DNA of 64,000 nt from Eledone cirrhosa (Eukaryota). The position numbers were made by a program, and so were the translations under genes. Shown in pieces: positions 38,069 to 52,345 of this stretch. A model generated the notes under the pieces. It saw only the letters and a list, made by a program, of their open reading frames with translations, was not told the DNA's origin and did not search any database. Location of the stretch: positions 3,038,001 to 3,102,000 of the forward strand of contig OZ024740.1 in NCBI GenBank assembly GCA_964016885.1. The letters run 5' to 3'. Within the stretch, counting starts at the first letter, position 1. The number at the start of each line of letters is the position of its first letter.

Positions 38069-41000
38069 ACCATGGTGTCAGACCCTCTACCAATACTACC
38101 AATCCACCACCCTAGCATGGTGTCCGACCCTCTACCTATACTACCAATCCACCACCCTACCATGGTGTCAGACCCTCTACCAATACTGCCAATCCACCAC
38201 CCTACCATGGTGTCAGACCCTCTACCAATACTACCAATCCACCACCCTAACATGGTGTCAGACCCTCTACCAATACTACCAATCCACCACCCTACCATGG
38301 TGTCCGACCCTCTACCTATACTACCAATCCACCACCCTACCATGGTGTCAGACCCTCTACCAATACTGCCAATCCACCACCCTACCATGGTGTCAGACCC
38401 TCTACCAATACTACCAATCCACCACCCTAGCATGGTGTCCGACCCTCTACCTATACTACCAATCCACCACCCTACCATGGTGTCAGACCCTCTACCAATA
38501 CTACCAATCCACCACCCTAACATGGTGTCAGACCCTCTACCAATACTACCAATCCACCACCCTACCATGGTGTCCGACCCTCTACCTATACTACCAATCC
38601 ACCACCCTACCATGGTGTCAGACCCTCTACCAATACTGCCAATCCACCACCCTACCATGGTGTCAGACCCTCTACCAATACTACCAATCCACCACCCTAA
38701 CATGGTGTCAGACCCTCTACCTATACTACCAATCCACCACCCTACCATGGTGTCAGACCCTCTACCTATGCTACCAATCCACCACCCTACCATGGTGTCA
38801 GACCCTCTACCAATACTGCCAATCCACCACACTAGCATGGTGTCAGACCCTCTACCGATACTACCAATCCACCACCCTAACATGGTGTCAGACCCTCTAC
38901 CAATACTACCAATCCACCACCCTACCATGGTGTCCGACCCTCTACCTATACTACCAATCCACCACCCTACCATGGTGTCAGACCCTCTACCAATACTGCC
39001 AATCCACCACCCTACCATGGTGTCAGACCCTCTACCAATACTACCAATCCACCACCCTAACATGGTGTCAGACCCTCTACCTATACTACCAATCCACCAC
39101 CCTAACATGGCGTCAGACCCTCTACCTATGCTACCAATCCACCACCCTACCATGGTGTCAGACCCTCTACCAATACTGCCAATCCACCACACTAGCATGG
39201 TGTCAGACCCTCTACCGATACTACCAATCCACCACCCTACCATGGTGCTAGACCCTCTACCAATACTACCAATCCACCACATAACATGGCGTCAGACCCT
39301 CTACCTATACTACCAATCCAGCACCCTACCATGGTGTCAGACCCTCTACAAATACTGCCAATCCACCACACTAGCATGGTGTCAGACCCTCTACCAATAC
39401 TGCCAATCCACCACCCTACCATGGTGTCAGACCCTCTACCAATACTGCCAATCCACCACCCTAACATGGTGTCAGACCCTCAACCAATACTACCAATCCA
39501 CCACACTAACATGGTGTCAGATCCTCTACCAATACTACCAATCCACCATCCTCACATAGTGTCAGACCCTCTACCAATACTACCAATCCACCACCCTAAC
39601 ATGGTGTCAGACCCTCTACCAATACTCCCAATCCACCATCCTCACATGGTGTCAGACCCTCTACCAATACTACCAATCCACCACCCTAACATGGTGTCAG
39701 ACCCTCTACCAATACTGCCAATCCACCACCTACCATGGTGTCAGACCTTCTACCAATACTACCAATCCACCACCCTAACATGGTGTCAGACCCTCTACCA
39801 ATACTACCAATCCACCACGCTAACATGGTGTCAGAACCTCTACCAATACTACCAATCCACCACCCTACCATGGTGTCTGACCCTCTACCTATACTGCCAA
39901 TCCACCACCCTAACATTGTGTCAAACCCTCTACCAATACTACCAATCCATCAACCTAACATGGTGTCAAACCCTCTACCAATACTACCAATCCACCACCC
40001 TAACATGGTGTCAAACCCTCTACCAATACTACCAATCCATCAACCTAACATGGTGTCAAACCCTCTACCAATACTACCAAACCACCACCCTACCATGGTG
40101 TCAGACACTCTACCAATACTACCAATCCACCACCTACCATGGTGTCAGACCCTCTACCAATACTGCCAAGCCACCACCTAACATGGTGTCAGACTCTCTA
40201 CCTATACTGCCAATCCACCACCCTAGCATGGTGTCAGACCCTCTACCAATACTGCCAATCCACCACCTACCATGGTGTCAGACCCTCTACCTATACTACC
40301 AATCCACCACCCTACCATGGTGTCAGACCCTCTACCTATACTACCAATCCACCACCCTAACATGGTGTCAGACCCTCTACCTATACTGCCAATCCACCAC
40401 CCTAGCATGGTGTCAGACCCTCTACCAATACTGCCAATCCACCACCCTACCATGGTGTCTGACCCTCTACCTATACTGCCAATCCACCACCCTAACATGG
40501 TGTCAAACCCTCTACCAATACTACCAATCCACCACCCTAACATGGTGTCAAACCCTCTACCACTACTACCAATCCACCACCCTAACATGGCATCAGACCC
40601 TCTACCTATACTACCAATCCACCACTCTAGCATAGTGTGTGACACTCTACCAATACTGCCAATCCATCACCCTAACATGGTGTCAGACCCTCTACCAATA
40701 CTACCAATCCACCACCTACCATGGTGTCAGACCCTCTACCAATACTGCCAATCCGCCACCCTAGCATGGTGTCAGACCCTCTACCAATAATACCAATCCA
40801 CCACACTACCATGGTGTCAGACCCTCTACCAATTCTGCCAATCCACCACCCTAGCATGGTGTCAGACCGTCTACCAATACTACCAATCCACCACCTACCA
40901 TGGTGTCAGACCCTCTACCAATACTGCCAATCCACCACCTACCATGGTGTCAGACCCTCTACCAATACTGCCAATCCACCACCTACCATGGTGTCAGACC

Positions 41001-44000
41001 CTCTACCAATACTGCCAATCCACCACCTACCATGGTGTCAGACCCTCTACCTATACTGCCAATCCACCACCCTAGCATGGTGTCAGACCCTCTACCAATA
41101 CTGCCAATCCACCACCTACCATGGTGTCAGACCCTCTACCTATACTACCAATCCACCACCCTACCATGGTGTCAGACCCTCTACCTATACTACCAATCCA
41201 CTACCCTAACATGGCGTCAGACCCTCTACCAATACTGCCAATCCAACACCTACCATGGTGTCAGACCCTCTACCAATACTACCAATCCACCACCCTAACA
41301 TGGTGTCAGACCCTCTACCTATACTAACAATCCACCACCCTAGCATAGTGTGTGACGCTCTACCAATACTGCCAATCCACCACCCTAACATGGTGTCAGA
41401 CCCTCTACCAATACTACCAATCCACCACCCTAACATGGTGTCAGACCCTCTACCAATACTACCAATCCACCACCCTACCATGGTGTCTGACCCTCTACCT
41501 ATACTGCCAATCCACCACCCTAACATGGTGTCAAACCCTCTACCAATACTATCAATCCACCACCCTAACATGGTGTCAAACCCTCTACCAATACTACCAA
41601 TCCACCACCCTAACATGGTGTCAAACCCTCTACCACTACTACCAATCCAACACCCTAACATGGCATCAGACCCTCTACCTATACTACCAATCCACCACTC
41701 TAGCATAGTATGTGACGCTCTACCAATACTGCCAATTCATCCCCCTAACATGGTGTCAGACCCTCTACCAATACTACCAATCCACCACCATAACATGGTG
41801 TCAGAACCTCTACCAATACTAGCAATCCACCACCCTACCATGGTGTCTGACCCTCTACCTATACTGCCAATCCACCACCCTAACATGGTGTCAAACCCTC
41901 TACCAATACTACCAATCCACCACCCTACCATGGTGTCAGACCCTCTACCAATACTGCCAATCCACCACCCTACCATGGTGTCAGACCATCTACCAATACT
42001 ACCAATCCACCACCTACCATGGTGTCAGACCCTCTACCAATACTGCCAATCCACCACCATACCATGGTGTCAGACACTCTACCAATACTACCAATCCACC
42101 ACCCTAACATGGTGTCAGACCCTCTACCAATACTACCAATCCACCACCCTACCATGGTGTCTGACCCTCTACCTATACTGCCAATCCACCACCCTAACAT
42201 GGTGTCAAACCCTCTACCAATACTATCAATCCACCACCCTAACATGGTGTCAAACCCTCTACCAATACTACCAATCCACCACCCTAACATGGTGTCAAAC
42301 CCTCTACCACTACTACCAATCCAACACCCTAACATGGCATCAGACCCTCTACCTATACTACCAATCCACCACTCTAGCATAGTATGTGACGCTCTACCAA
42401 TACTGCCAATTCATCCCCCTAACATGGTGTCAGACCCTCTACCAATACTACCAATCCACCACCCTAACATGGTGTCAGATCCTCTACCAATACTACCAAT
42501 CCACCACCCTACCATGGTGTCAGACCATCTACCAATACTACCAATCCACCACCTACTATGGTGTCAGACCCTCTACCAATACTGCCAATCCACCACCTGC
42601 CATGGTGTCAGACCCTCTACCAATACTGCCAATCCACCACCTACCATGGTGTCAGACCCTCTACCTATACTGCCAATCCACCACCCTAGCATGGTGTCAG
42701 ACCCTCTACCAATACTGCCAATCCACCTCCTACCATGGTGTCAGACCCTCTACCTATACTACCAATCCACCACCCTACCATGATGTCAGACACTCTACCT
42801 ATACTACCAATCCACAACCCTAACATGGCGTCAGACCCTCTACCAATACTACCAATCCACCACCCTAACATGGTGTCAGACCCTCTACCTATACTAACAA
42901 TCTACCACCCTAGCATAGTGTGTGATGCTCTACCAATACTGCCAATCCACCACCCTAACATGGTGTCAGACCCTCTACCAATACTACCAATCCACCACGC
43001 TAACATGGTGTCAGAACCTCTACCAGTACTACCAATCCACCACCCTACCATGGTGTCTGACCCTCTACCTATACTGCCAATCCACCACCCTACCATGGTG
43101 TCTGACCCTCTACCTATACTGCCAATCCACCACCCTAACATGGTGTCAAACCCTCTACCAATACTACCAATCCACCACCCTAACATGGTGTCAAACCCTC
43201 TACCAATACTACGAATCCACCACCCTAACATGGTGTCAAACCCTCTACCACTACTACCAATCCACCACCCTAACATGGCATCAGACCCTCTACCTATACT
43301 ACCAATCCACCACTCTAGCATAATGTGTGACGCTCTACCAATACTGCCAATCCTTCACCCTACCATGGTGTCAGACCCTCTACCAATACTACCAATCCAC
43401 CACCATAACATGGTGTCAGAACCTCTACCAATACAACCAATCCACCACCCTACCATGGTGTCTGACCCTCTACCTATACTGCCAATCCACCACCCTAACA
43501 TGGTGTCAAACCCTCTACCAATACTACCAATCCACCACCCTAACATGGTGTCAGACCCTCTACCAATACTGCCAATCCACCACCTGCCATGGTGTCAGAC
43601 CCTCTACCAATACTGCCAATCCACCACCTACCATGGTGTCAGACCCTCTACCTATACTGCCAATCCACCACCCTACCATGGTGTCAGACCATCTACCAAT
43701 ACTACCAATCCACCACCTACCATGGTGTCAGACCCTCTACTAATACTTCCAATCCACCACCTACCATGGTGTCAGACGCTCTACCAATACTGCCAATCCA
43801 TCACACTAGCATGGTGTCAGACCCTCTACCAATACTGCCAATCCACCACCCTACCATGGTGTCAGACCCTCTACCAATACTGCCAATCCACCACCCTACC
43901 ATGGTGTCAGACCCTCTACCAATACTGCCAATCCACCACCCTAACATGGTGTCAGACCCTCTACCAATACTGCCAATCCACCACCCTAACATGGTGTCAG

Positions 44001-47000
44001 ACCCTCTACCAATACTGCCAATCCACCACCTACCATGGTGTCAGACCCTCTACCTATATTGCCAATCCACCACCTAACATGGTGTCAGACCCTCTACCAA
44101 TACTGCCAATCCACCACCCTAACATGGTGTCAGACCCTCTACCAATACTGCCAATCCACCACCCTACCATGGTGTCAGACCCACTACCAATACTGCCAAT
44201 CCACCACCTACCATGGTGTCAGACCCTCTACCAATACTGCCAATCCACCACCCTAACATGGTGTCAGACCCTCTACCAATACTGCCAATCCACCACCCTA
44301 CCATGGTGTCAGACCCACTACCAATACTGCCAATCCACCACCTACCATGGTGTCAGACCCTCTACCAATACTGCCAATCCACCACCCTACCATGGTGTCA
44401 GACCCACTACCAATACTGCCAATCCACCACCTACCATGGTGTCAGACCCTCTACCAATACTGCCAATCCACCACCCTACCATGGTGTCAGACCCTCTACC
44501 AATACTGCCAATCCACCACCCTAACATGGTGTCAGACCCTCTACCAATACTGCCAACACACCACCTTCCATGGTGTCAGACCCTCTACCAATACTGCCAA
44601 TCCACCACCTAACATGGTGTCAGACCATCTACCAATACTGCCAATCCACCACCCTAACATGGTGTCAGACCCTCTACCAATACTGCCAATCCACCACCCT
44701 ACCATGGTGTCTGACCCTCAACCTATACTGCCAATCCACCACCCTAACATGGTGTCAAACCCTCTACCAATACTACCAATCCACCACCCTAACATGGTGT
44801 CAGACCCTCTACCAATACTGCCAATCCACCACCCTACCATGGTGTCAGACCATCTACCAATACTACCAATCCACCACCTACCATGGTGTCAGACCCTCTA
44901 CTAATACTTCCAATCCACCACCTACCATGGTGTCAGACGCTCTACCAATACTGCCAATCCATCACACTAGCATGGTGTCAGACCCTCTACCAATACTGCC
45001 AATCCACCACCTACCATGGTGTCAGACCTTCTTCTACCTATACTGCCAATCCACCACCCTAGTATGGTGTCAGACCCTCTACCAATGCTGCCAATCCACC
45101 ACCCTACCATGGTGTCAGACCCTCTACCAATACTGCCAATCCACCACCCTACCATGGTGTCAGACCCTCTACCAATACTGCCAATCCACCACCCTAACAT
45201 GGTGTCAGACCCTCTACCAATACTGCCAATCCACCACCCTACCATGGTGTCAGACCCTCTACCAATACTGCCAATCCACCACCCTACCATGGTGTCAGAC
45301 CCTCTACCAATACTGCCAATCCACCACCCTACCATGGTGTCAGACCCTCTACCTATACTGCCAATCCACCACCCTAACATGGTGTCAAACCCTCTACCAA
45401 TACTACCAATCCACCCCCCTAACATGGTGTCAGACCCTCTACCAATACTGCCAATCCACCACCCTACCATGGTGTCAGACCCTCTACCAATACTGCCAAT
45501 CCACCACCCTACCATGGTGTCAGACCCACTACCAATACTGCCAATCCACCACCCTACCATGGTGTCAGACCCACTACCAATACTGCCAATCCACCACCCT
45601 ACCATGGTGTCAGACCCTCTACCAATACTGCCAATCCACCACCTAACATGGTGTCAGACCATCTACCAATACTGCCAATCCACCACCCTAACATGGTGTC
45701 AGACCCTCTACCAATACTGCCAACCCACCACCTAACATGGTGTCAGACCCTCTACCTATATTGCCAAACCACCACCCTACCATGGTGTCAGACACTCTAC
45801 CAATACTACCAATCCACCACCTACCATGGTGTCAGACCCTCTACCAATACTGCCAAGCCACCACCTAACATGGTGTCAGACTCTCTACCTATACTGCCAA
45901 TCCACCACCCTAACATGGTGTCAGACCCTCTACCAATACTGCCAATCCACCACCCTACCATGGTGTCAGACCCACTACCAATACTGCCAATCCACCACCC
46001 TACCATGGTGTCAGACCCTCTACCAATACTGCCAATCCACCACCCTACCATGGTGTCAGACCCTCTACCAATACTGCCAATCCACCACCTAACATGGTGT
46101 CAGACCATCTACCAATACTGCCAATCCACCACCCTAACATGGTGTCAGACCCTCTACCTATACTGCCAATCCACCACCCTAACATGGTGTCAGACCCTCT
46201 ACCAATACTGCCAATCCACCACCCTAAAATTTTGTCAGACCCTCTACCTATACTGCCAATCCACCACCCTAACATGGTGTCAGACCCTCTACCAATACTG
46301 CCAACCCACCACCTAACATGGTGTCAGACCCTCTACCTATATTGCCAATCCACCACCTAACATGGTGTCAGACCCTCTACCTATACTGCCAATCCACCAC
46401 CCTAACATGGTGTCAGACCCTCTACCAATACCGCCAACCCACCACCTAACATGGTGTCAGACCCTCTACCAATACTGCCAATCCACTACCCTACCATGGT
46501 GTCAGACCCTCTACCAATACTGCCAATCCACCACCCTAACATGGTGTCAGACCCTCTACCTATACTGCCAATCCACCACCCTAACATGGTGTCAGACCCT
46601 CTACCAATACCGCCAACCCACCACCTAACATGGTGTCAGACCCTCTACCAATACTGCCAATCCACCACCCTAACATGGTGTCAGACCCTCTACCAATACT
46701 GCCTATCCACCACCCTAACATGGTGTCAGACCCTCTACCAATACCGCCAACCCACCACCTAACATGGTGTCAGACCCTCTACCTATACTGCCAATCCACC
46801 ACCCTAACATGGTGTCAGACCCTCTACCAATACCGCCAACCCACCACCTAACATGGTGTCAGACCCTCTACCTATACTGCCAATCCACCACCCTAACATG
46901 GTGTCAGACCCTCTACCAATACCGCCAACCCACCACCTAACATGGTGTCAGACCCTCTACCTATACTGCCAATCCACCACCCTAACATGGTGTCAGACCC

Positions 47001-47500
47001 TCTACCAATACTGCCAATCCACCACCTAACATGGTGTCAGACCCTCTACCAATACTGCCAATCCACCACCCTAACATGGTGTCAGACCCTCTACCAATAC
47101 TGCCTATCCACCACCCTAAAATTTTGTCAGACCCTCTACCAATACCGCCAACCCACCACCTAAAATGGTGTCAGACCCTCTACCTATACTGCCAATCCAC
47201 CACCCTAACATGGTGTCAGACCCTCTACCAATACCGCCAACCCACCACCTAACATGGTGTCAGACCCTCTACCAATACCGCCAACCCACCACCTAACATG
47301 GTGTCAGACCCTCTACCAATACTGCCAATCCACCACCCTAACATGGTGTCAGACCCTCTACCAATACTGCCTATCCACCACCCTAAAATTTTGTCAGACC
47401 CTCTACCAATACCGCCAACCCACCACCTAACATGGTGTCAGACCCTCTACCTATATTGCCAACACACCACCTTCAATGGTGTCAGACCCTCACCAATCCA
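38026..47500. repeat. Tandem satellite array 2, same 44/45-bp monomer, about 210 copies
   Basis: Direct reading; pure 45-mers for the first ~1.25 kb, mixed 44/45-mers afterwards. Confidence 0.98.
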
Positions 47501-47633
47501 CAGCCCACAAAATTAGATTTGGATAGCAGAACATAGTTTGGATCTATTGATCTCTTGGTTAAGAGCCTAGCATGATTTAACTACACCACTTTGTCGGATG
47601 GTGGTCTAATATAATAATTCTAATATACTTTAC

Positions 47634-47701
47634 CTTGGGGCATCATTGACTAAAGCCAGCTTACCAAAGTCATCTCCTTCTTGCAGCTGACACACTGTTC
47701 C
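47634..47701 (-). CDS. RAPGEF4: Internal exon (68 bp) of an Epac/RAPGEF4-like gene: [22 protein letters not shown](R)
   Basis: Acceptor tttttgtcctttcAG, donor AG|GTaaag. Peptide matches the Epac phosphate-binding cassette [23 protein letters not shown]. 22 codons + 2 nt. Confidence 0.93.
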
Positions 47702-48171
47702 CTGAAAGGACAAAAATATTGCAATTAATATGAATGGAGTTATTCAAGGGTTTGTTTGTGAATCTCACTGTAAATGTCCCCACAGATACCAAATAATAAT
47801 AAAAGATAATAAATTGTTTTCTATTATATTTTTTGGAACTCAAGTGATAAACAGTGATTTATTACTTTTTCTCATAATCCCACATTATAATATATTATTC
47901 TGACCATTACCAAATCATATATATATATATAAAGAGGATTTGCTTTGAAGTCACTAGACATATCTGAGGAACTTGCGAATCCAGAGTCAGGTTTGATCCA
48001 CAGATCGCACCTCGAGATGTTCGCCAGAGAAACAATTGTAATACGTAATAAATTGTGTTCCGCTGCATCACTGATTCTTTGTTTTCCATATTATTATACT
48101 CTGCTCTGAAGGAGCATAGAGTGCTCAACCGGCATACCACCTAGACACATCCTAGTAACATTACTACAAAT

Positions 48172-48337
48172 ATATGGGTACAAGCTGAAGCATATAGACA
48201 ATATGCCCCCACACCCTCCACTGCAAGGTAGTCATGGAGGTGCCACGGCAAAAAAGCACCCATCTAACCCATGCTAGCATGGAAGAACGGACGTAAAACG
48301 GTGATGATGAGATGATGATGTTGATGATGATGATGAT
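48172..48337 (+). mobile_element. Internally deleted RTE 3'UTR (family B)
   Basis: ATGGGTACAAGCTGAAGCATATAGACAATATG..GTGCCACGGCAAAAAAGCACCCA|TCTAACCCAT..(GAT)n aligns with 55438-55766. Confidence 0.8.
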
Positions 48338-48353
48338 ATATATATATATATAT

Positions 48354-48623
48354 AAATCAGGAAAGAAGAGTGACACGGTTTGCTATACAAAACCGGTTTG
48401 CTATACAAAACACGGTTTGTATAGCAAACCGTGTCACTCTTTTTTCCTGATTTATCATTACTCCAAGTGTTTACAACATAGGAATTACAGCTTACTTGCA
48501 ACAGCACTATGGAAATGCCTTGTTGAGTCAAACTTAGCCAAGCGTTGATATCATCCACTACCCGGAGTACCATAACTGGACTACACTTAAGTGGACTACC
48601 TATAGCAATAATGTGTTACTCCG
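48354..48623 (+). repeat. Unclassified repeat with ~38-bp-arm inverted repeat at its left end; related to the reverse complement of 60490-60660; possible Penelope-like remnant
   Basis: AAATCAGGAAAGAAGAGTGACACGGTTTGCTATACAAA / TTTGTATAGCAAACCGTGTCACTCTTTTTTCCTGATTT. Shares ATTACTCCAAG..CCTTGTTGAGTCAAAC..ATCCAC..GAGTAC with the other copy. Confidence 0.5.
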
Positions 48624-48645
48624 TATATATATATATATATATATA

Positions 48646-50271
48646 AGTTATAGCGCAACTAATCAGAGAGCAAATTGGTCTAGATGAAACGCAGTTTGGG
48701 TTTGTGTCAGATAAAAGTACCACAGATGCCCTTTTCCTTGTACGACAACTACAGGGGAAGTACCTAGCTAAAAGTAAACCCCTATACTTAGCTTTTATTG
48801 ACTTGGAGAAAGCATTTGAAAGAGCCCCCCATGCCATTATCTGGTGGGCTCTTAGAAAACTAGGTGTTGATGAATGGCTTGTGAGAGCTATACAAGGCAT
48901 GTATAAAGAAACAGTCAGCAAGGTTAGAATTAACAACGAATATAGTGAAGAATTTAGCGTAAAACTTGGTGCTCATCAGGGCTCTGTCCTTAGCCCCCTC
49001 CTATTTATTATTGCCCTTCAGGCTATAACAGAGGAGTTCAAGACCGGCTGCCCACGGGAACTTCTCTATGCAGATGATCTAATGCTCATAGCTGAATCGA
49101 TGGCTGAACTAGGGAAGAAATTCCAAACATGGCAGCATGGCCTAGAATAAAAAGGCCTTAAAGTTAACCTCTCAAAGACTAAAGTCCTAGTATGTAGGAA
49201 TGAAAATAGGGCATAGGTCCCCTCTGAGAAATGGCCATGCTCAGTGTGTAGCAAAGGAGTAGGCAGAAATTCCATTTTATGTCCCAAATGCAAAGTATGG
49301 GTGCATAAAAGATGTAGTGGGATCACAAGTAAGCTATCTAAGAACGTAGATTTTATATGTGGCCGGTGCTCAGGTGCAATAAGTAGCAAACGCCCACAAG
49401 ATACGAGCTCCTTCTATTGTCCAGATGGCTCTATAGAAATAGTGGACACCTTCCGCTACCTGGGTGAAAGTACAGTAGCTAGAGTCAGAACGGGATGGAA
49501 AAAGTTCAGAGAGCTTATACCACTATTGGCCACTAAAGGGTTCTCTCTAAAAATGAAAGACAGATACGTGAACAGCAAAGCATAAATGAGAAATTAGGTA
49601 TAAGAGGGATAAAATGCTGTTTACTCGAGAGAAGACTATGTTGGTATGGTCACGTGATGCGCTTGAAAGACAACAGGTATATAAAAAAGTGGTGCAGGGC
49701 GATCAAAATTGACGGAAGTTACGGAGTAAGCAGACCCAGAAAAACCTGGGACGATTTAATAAATTCTGACCTTACACACTTACACCTCTCTAAGACAATG
49801 TCACTGGACCGAGGTCTTTGATGTTTTGCAGTAATACAGAAAACCCGCCTTGCCTAACTAAGTACAAAGCAAAACCTACAGTCAGTAGGCTCCTCCTAAC
49901 CAAAAATACACCCCCACCCCACTACACTTACCCCCACCCCACTACACTTACCCCCACCCCCATCTACACCAAAAGTTATGTTGGTACCACAACATCCAGT
50001 CCTAAATAAATGAGGTCCTGAAGGAGTCACGACAAAAAAACACACAGTCCACGCTGTAATGTGGCTGTGTAGGTAACACGGTAAAAACCTCCCAGTCCAC
50101 ACTGTAAATGTGGTTGGTGTTAGGAAGGGCATCCAACTGTAGAAAACCCGCTAGATAGTCCTATACGTGAGAGACAACCAATCTTGCCTCAAGTGGGACA
50201 ATTCCCGTCCAAACCCATGCAAGCGTGGAAGATGGACATTAAACGATAATGATGATGATGATGATGATGAT
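48646..50271 (+). mobile_element. RTE LINE (older family-A variant), 5'-truncated, with stops and deletions
   Basis: [38 protein letters not shown], Cys cluster, FRYLG, 3'UTR, (GAT)n; flanked by (TA)n. Confidence 0.92.
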
Positions 50272-51524
50272 ATATATATTTAAAAGAATTGAAGTCAGTG
50301 TTGCAGCATATGTACAAACTTTATTTGCATATTACAATTATTTCAATATGTCTCAGCTCAGTGTTCAATAAAGGTGACGGGGCCCAACTTTGATATCTTG
50401 TCAGATATACGAGCTTATATGAGCAAAAACACATCTAACCCTGGAAACGAAATGAACCTTGTTAACAGCATTGAGTGCTTCGACGGTGCACCACCTGTAA
50501 CTGTTGTTACATACTTAACTAACACACACATATATATGGAGAGAGAAAAAGTAGAATTGGAAATATCACAAAAAGTATATTTAAAGGATCTGTTTTTCTT
50601 TTTTTTTCCTTTTTTTTCCTTCTTTGATTTGTCAAAGTGACATTATTGAAAAAATGAGAGGAACAATTTAAAAAAAAAAAAGGAGCTTTATAATGTATAT
50701 AAAATATATAAAAGGATATATTCTTTTAATGTTGCAATATCAAAGAAAATGTAAAGGAAGGGGTGAACAACCGAACCAACACCAGAGCAAAAGACAGCAG
50801 CGAGGAGTACCGGGTAATCTCTCTAATGATTTTTGAGGCAAGCCAGCACACTTGCAGCATTGCCTCGGGTGATGGCGAGGCTAATGCACAGGAACAACCA
50901 AGCGCCCTTGTGAGATTCGCCAGTTACCTCTATATATAAAATATAACCAGTTTTGCTGTATCAGTGTAAACCAACTGATCAAATGTTGAATATTAGAATT
51001 CAAAATAATTAATTAAACACAAAAAAATCCCCTTAAGTAGCCACATTGCAGATTGTGCAGGAATGACCCTACCCAACTTTAAAATCTTCCCCTTTTTATA
51101 AGTGCTCAGATACTTTCACATAATAACAAAGAATAAATAAATAAAAACTATTTCTTAACAGATTTAAACCAAAATTAAATATGTAATCACTCCCAATTAA
51201 ATCATTCATAAGGACCCATTGAGCACATACACATACAGACCCACTAAGCACATACACATATACAGAGAGATTGATACATTTGCACACATACACACATGTG
51301 TGCGTGTGTGTATGTGTGCACTCATCATATGCACTCTCTCTCTCTCTCTCTCTTTCATACACACACATGCACATACCATGAAATAAAAAAGAAATTATTC
51401 ATACACATATTTTCCAAAAATAACCCCTCCATCCACCACAAAAAGACCTGTGACTAACAAACCAACTAAAACACACACACACCACACTACAAAAACAAAT
51501 ATATATATATATGTGTATATGTGT

Positions 51525-52308
51525 ATCATCATCATCATCATCATCATCATTTTACGTCCGCTCTTCCCTGCTTGCAAGGGTGGGACGGGTCTTATTCAGC
51601 ACAGCATCTCTCCACTCGTCACGGTCCCTCGTCATCTCCACCGTGAGCTTCAATGATCTGAGGTCTGTTCTCACCACCTCCGCCCATGTTTTTCGTGATC
51701 TACCTCTACCATGTCTTCCTTCAACCGGCATTTCCTGGCACTTCTTCACCCATCGGTCATCCTCCATGCGCATTATATGTCCATACCACCTCAGTCTCCT
51801 CCCCCGCACACTACATTCTATCTCTCTCAGACACAGTTACTCTCTCAACACATTTATGCTGGGTCGTTCACACACATTTACACTGCACATCCAACAGAGC
51901 ATGCTTGCCTCATTTCTCTCCAGCCGTCGCATATCCTCTGCAGTTGCTGCCCATGTCTCACTACCATGCAACATCGTGCTCCTCACACCGGCATCATATA
52001 ACCGGCCTTTCGTACGCAGGGAGAAACCCTTCTTCATCAGCAGAGGAAGCAGCTCCCTAAAGTTCTTCCAACCCGTCCTTATTCTAGATACTATGGCCTC
52101 GGAACACCCTCCTCCGTTGCTAATCTGATCTCCTAGGTACCGGAAGCTATCCACCACTTCTATAGCACCCTCCTGCATCTAAAAAATGTGTCTATCAATG
52201 CGACTTCTACTGTCTAATTTCCCTGTACATCTACTGCATACATATTTCTCCCTACCTGTTAGTTTGCCTGCTATCCCGCTACATCTCTTGTGTACCCAGC
52301 ATCTGCAT

Positions 52309-52311
<3 letters not shown>
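51525..52311 (-). mobile_element. RTE LINE (family C, short 3' end), 5'-truncated inside the Cys finger
   Basis: [56 protein letters not shown] directly followed by (GAT)n. Confidence 0.9.

Positions 52312-52341
<30 letters not shown>

Positions 52342-52345
<4 letters not shown>

Noticed and set aside
38015-45735. Long ORFs of repeats MVSDPLPILPIHHPT / WCQTLYQYCQSTT / GWWIGSIGRGSDTM (also throughout 1-20 kb)
   Set aside because: A 45-bp stop-poor monomer is open in several frames on both strands, and 44-mers shift frame at random; no sign of coding constraint.
50340-50462. Possible further minus-strand exon (tttccAG acceptor near 50461)
   Set aside because: No frame resembles the expected upstream Epac peptide.
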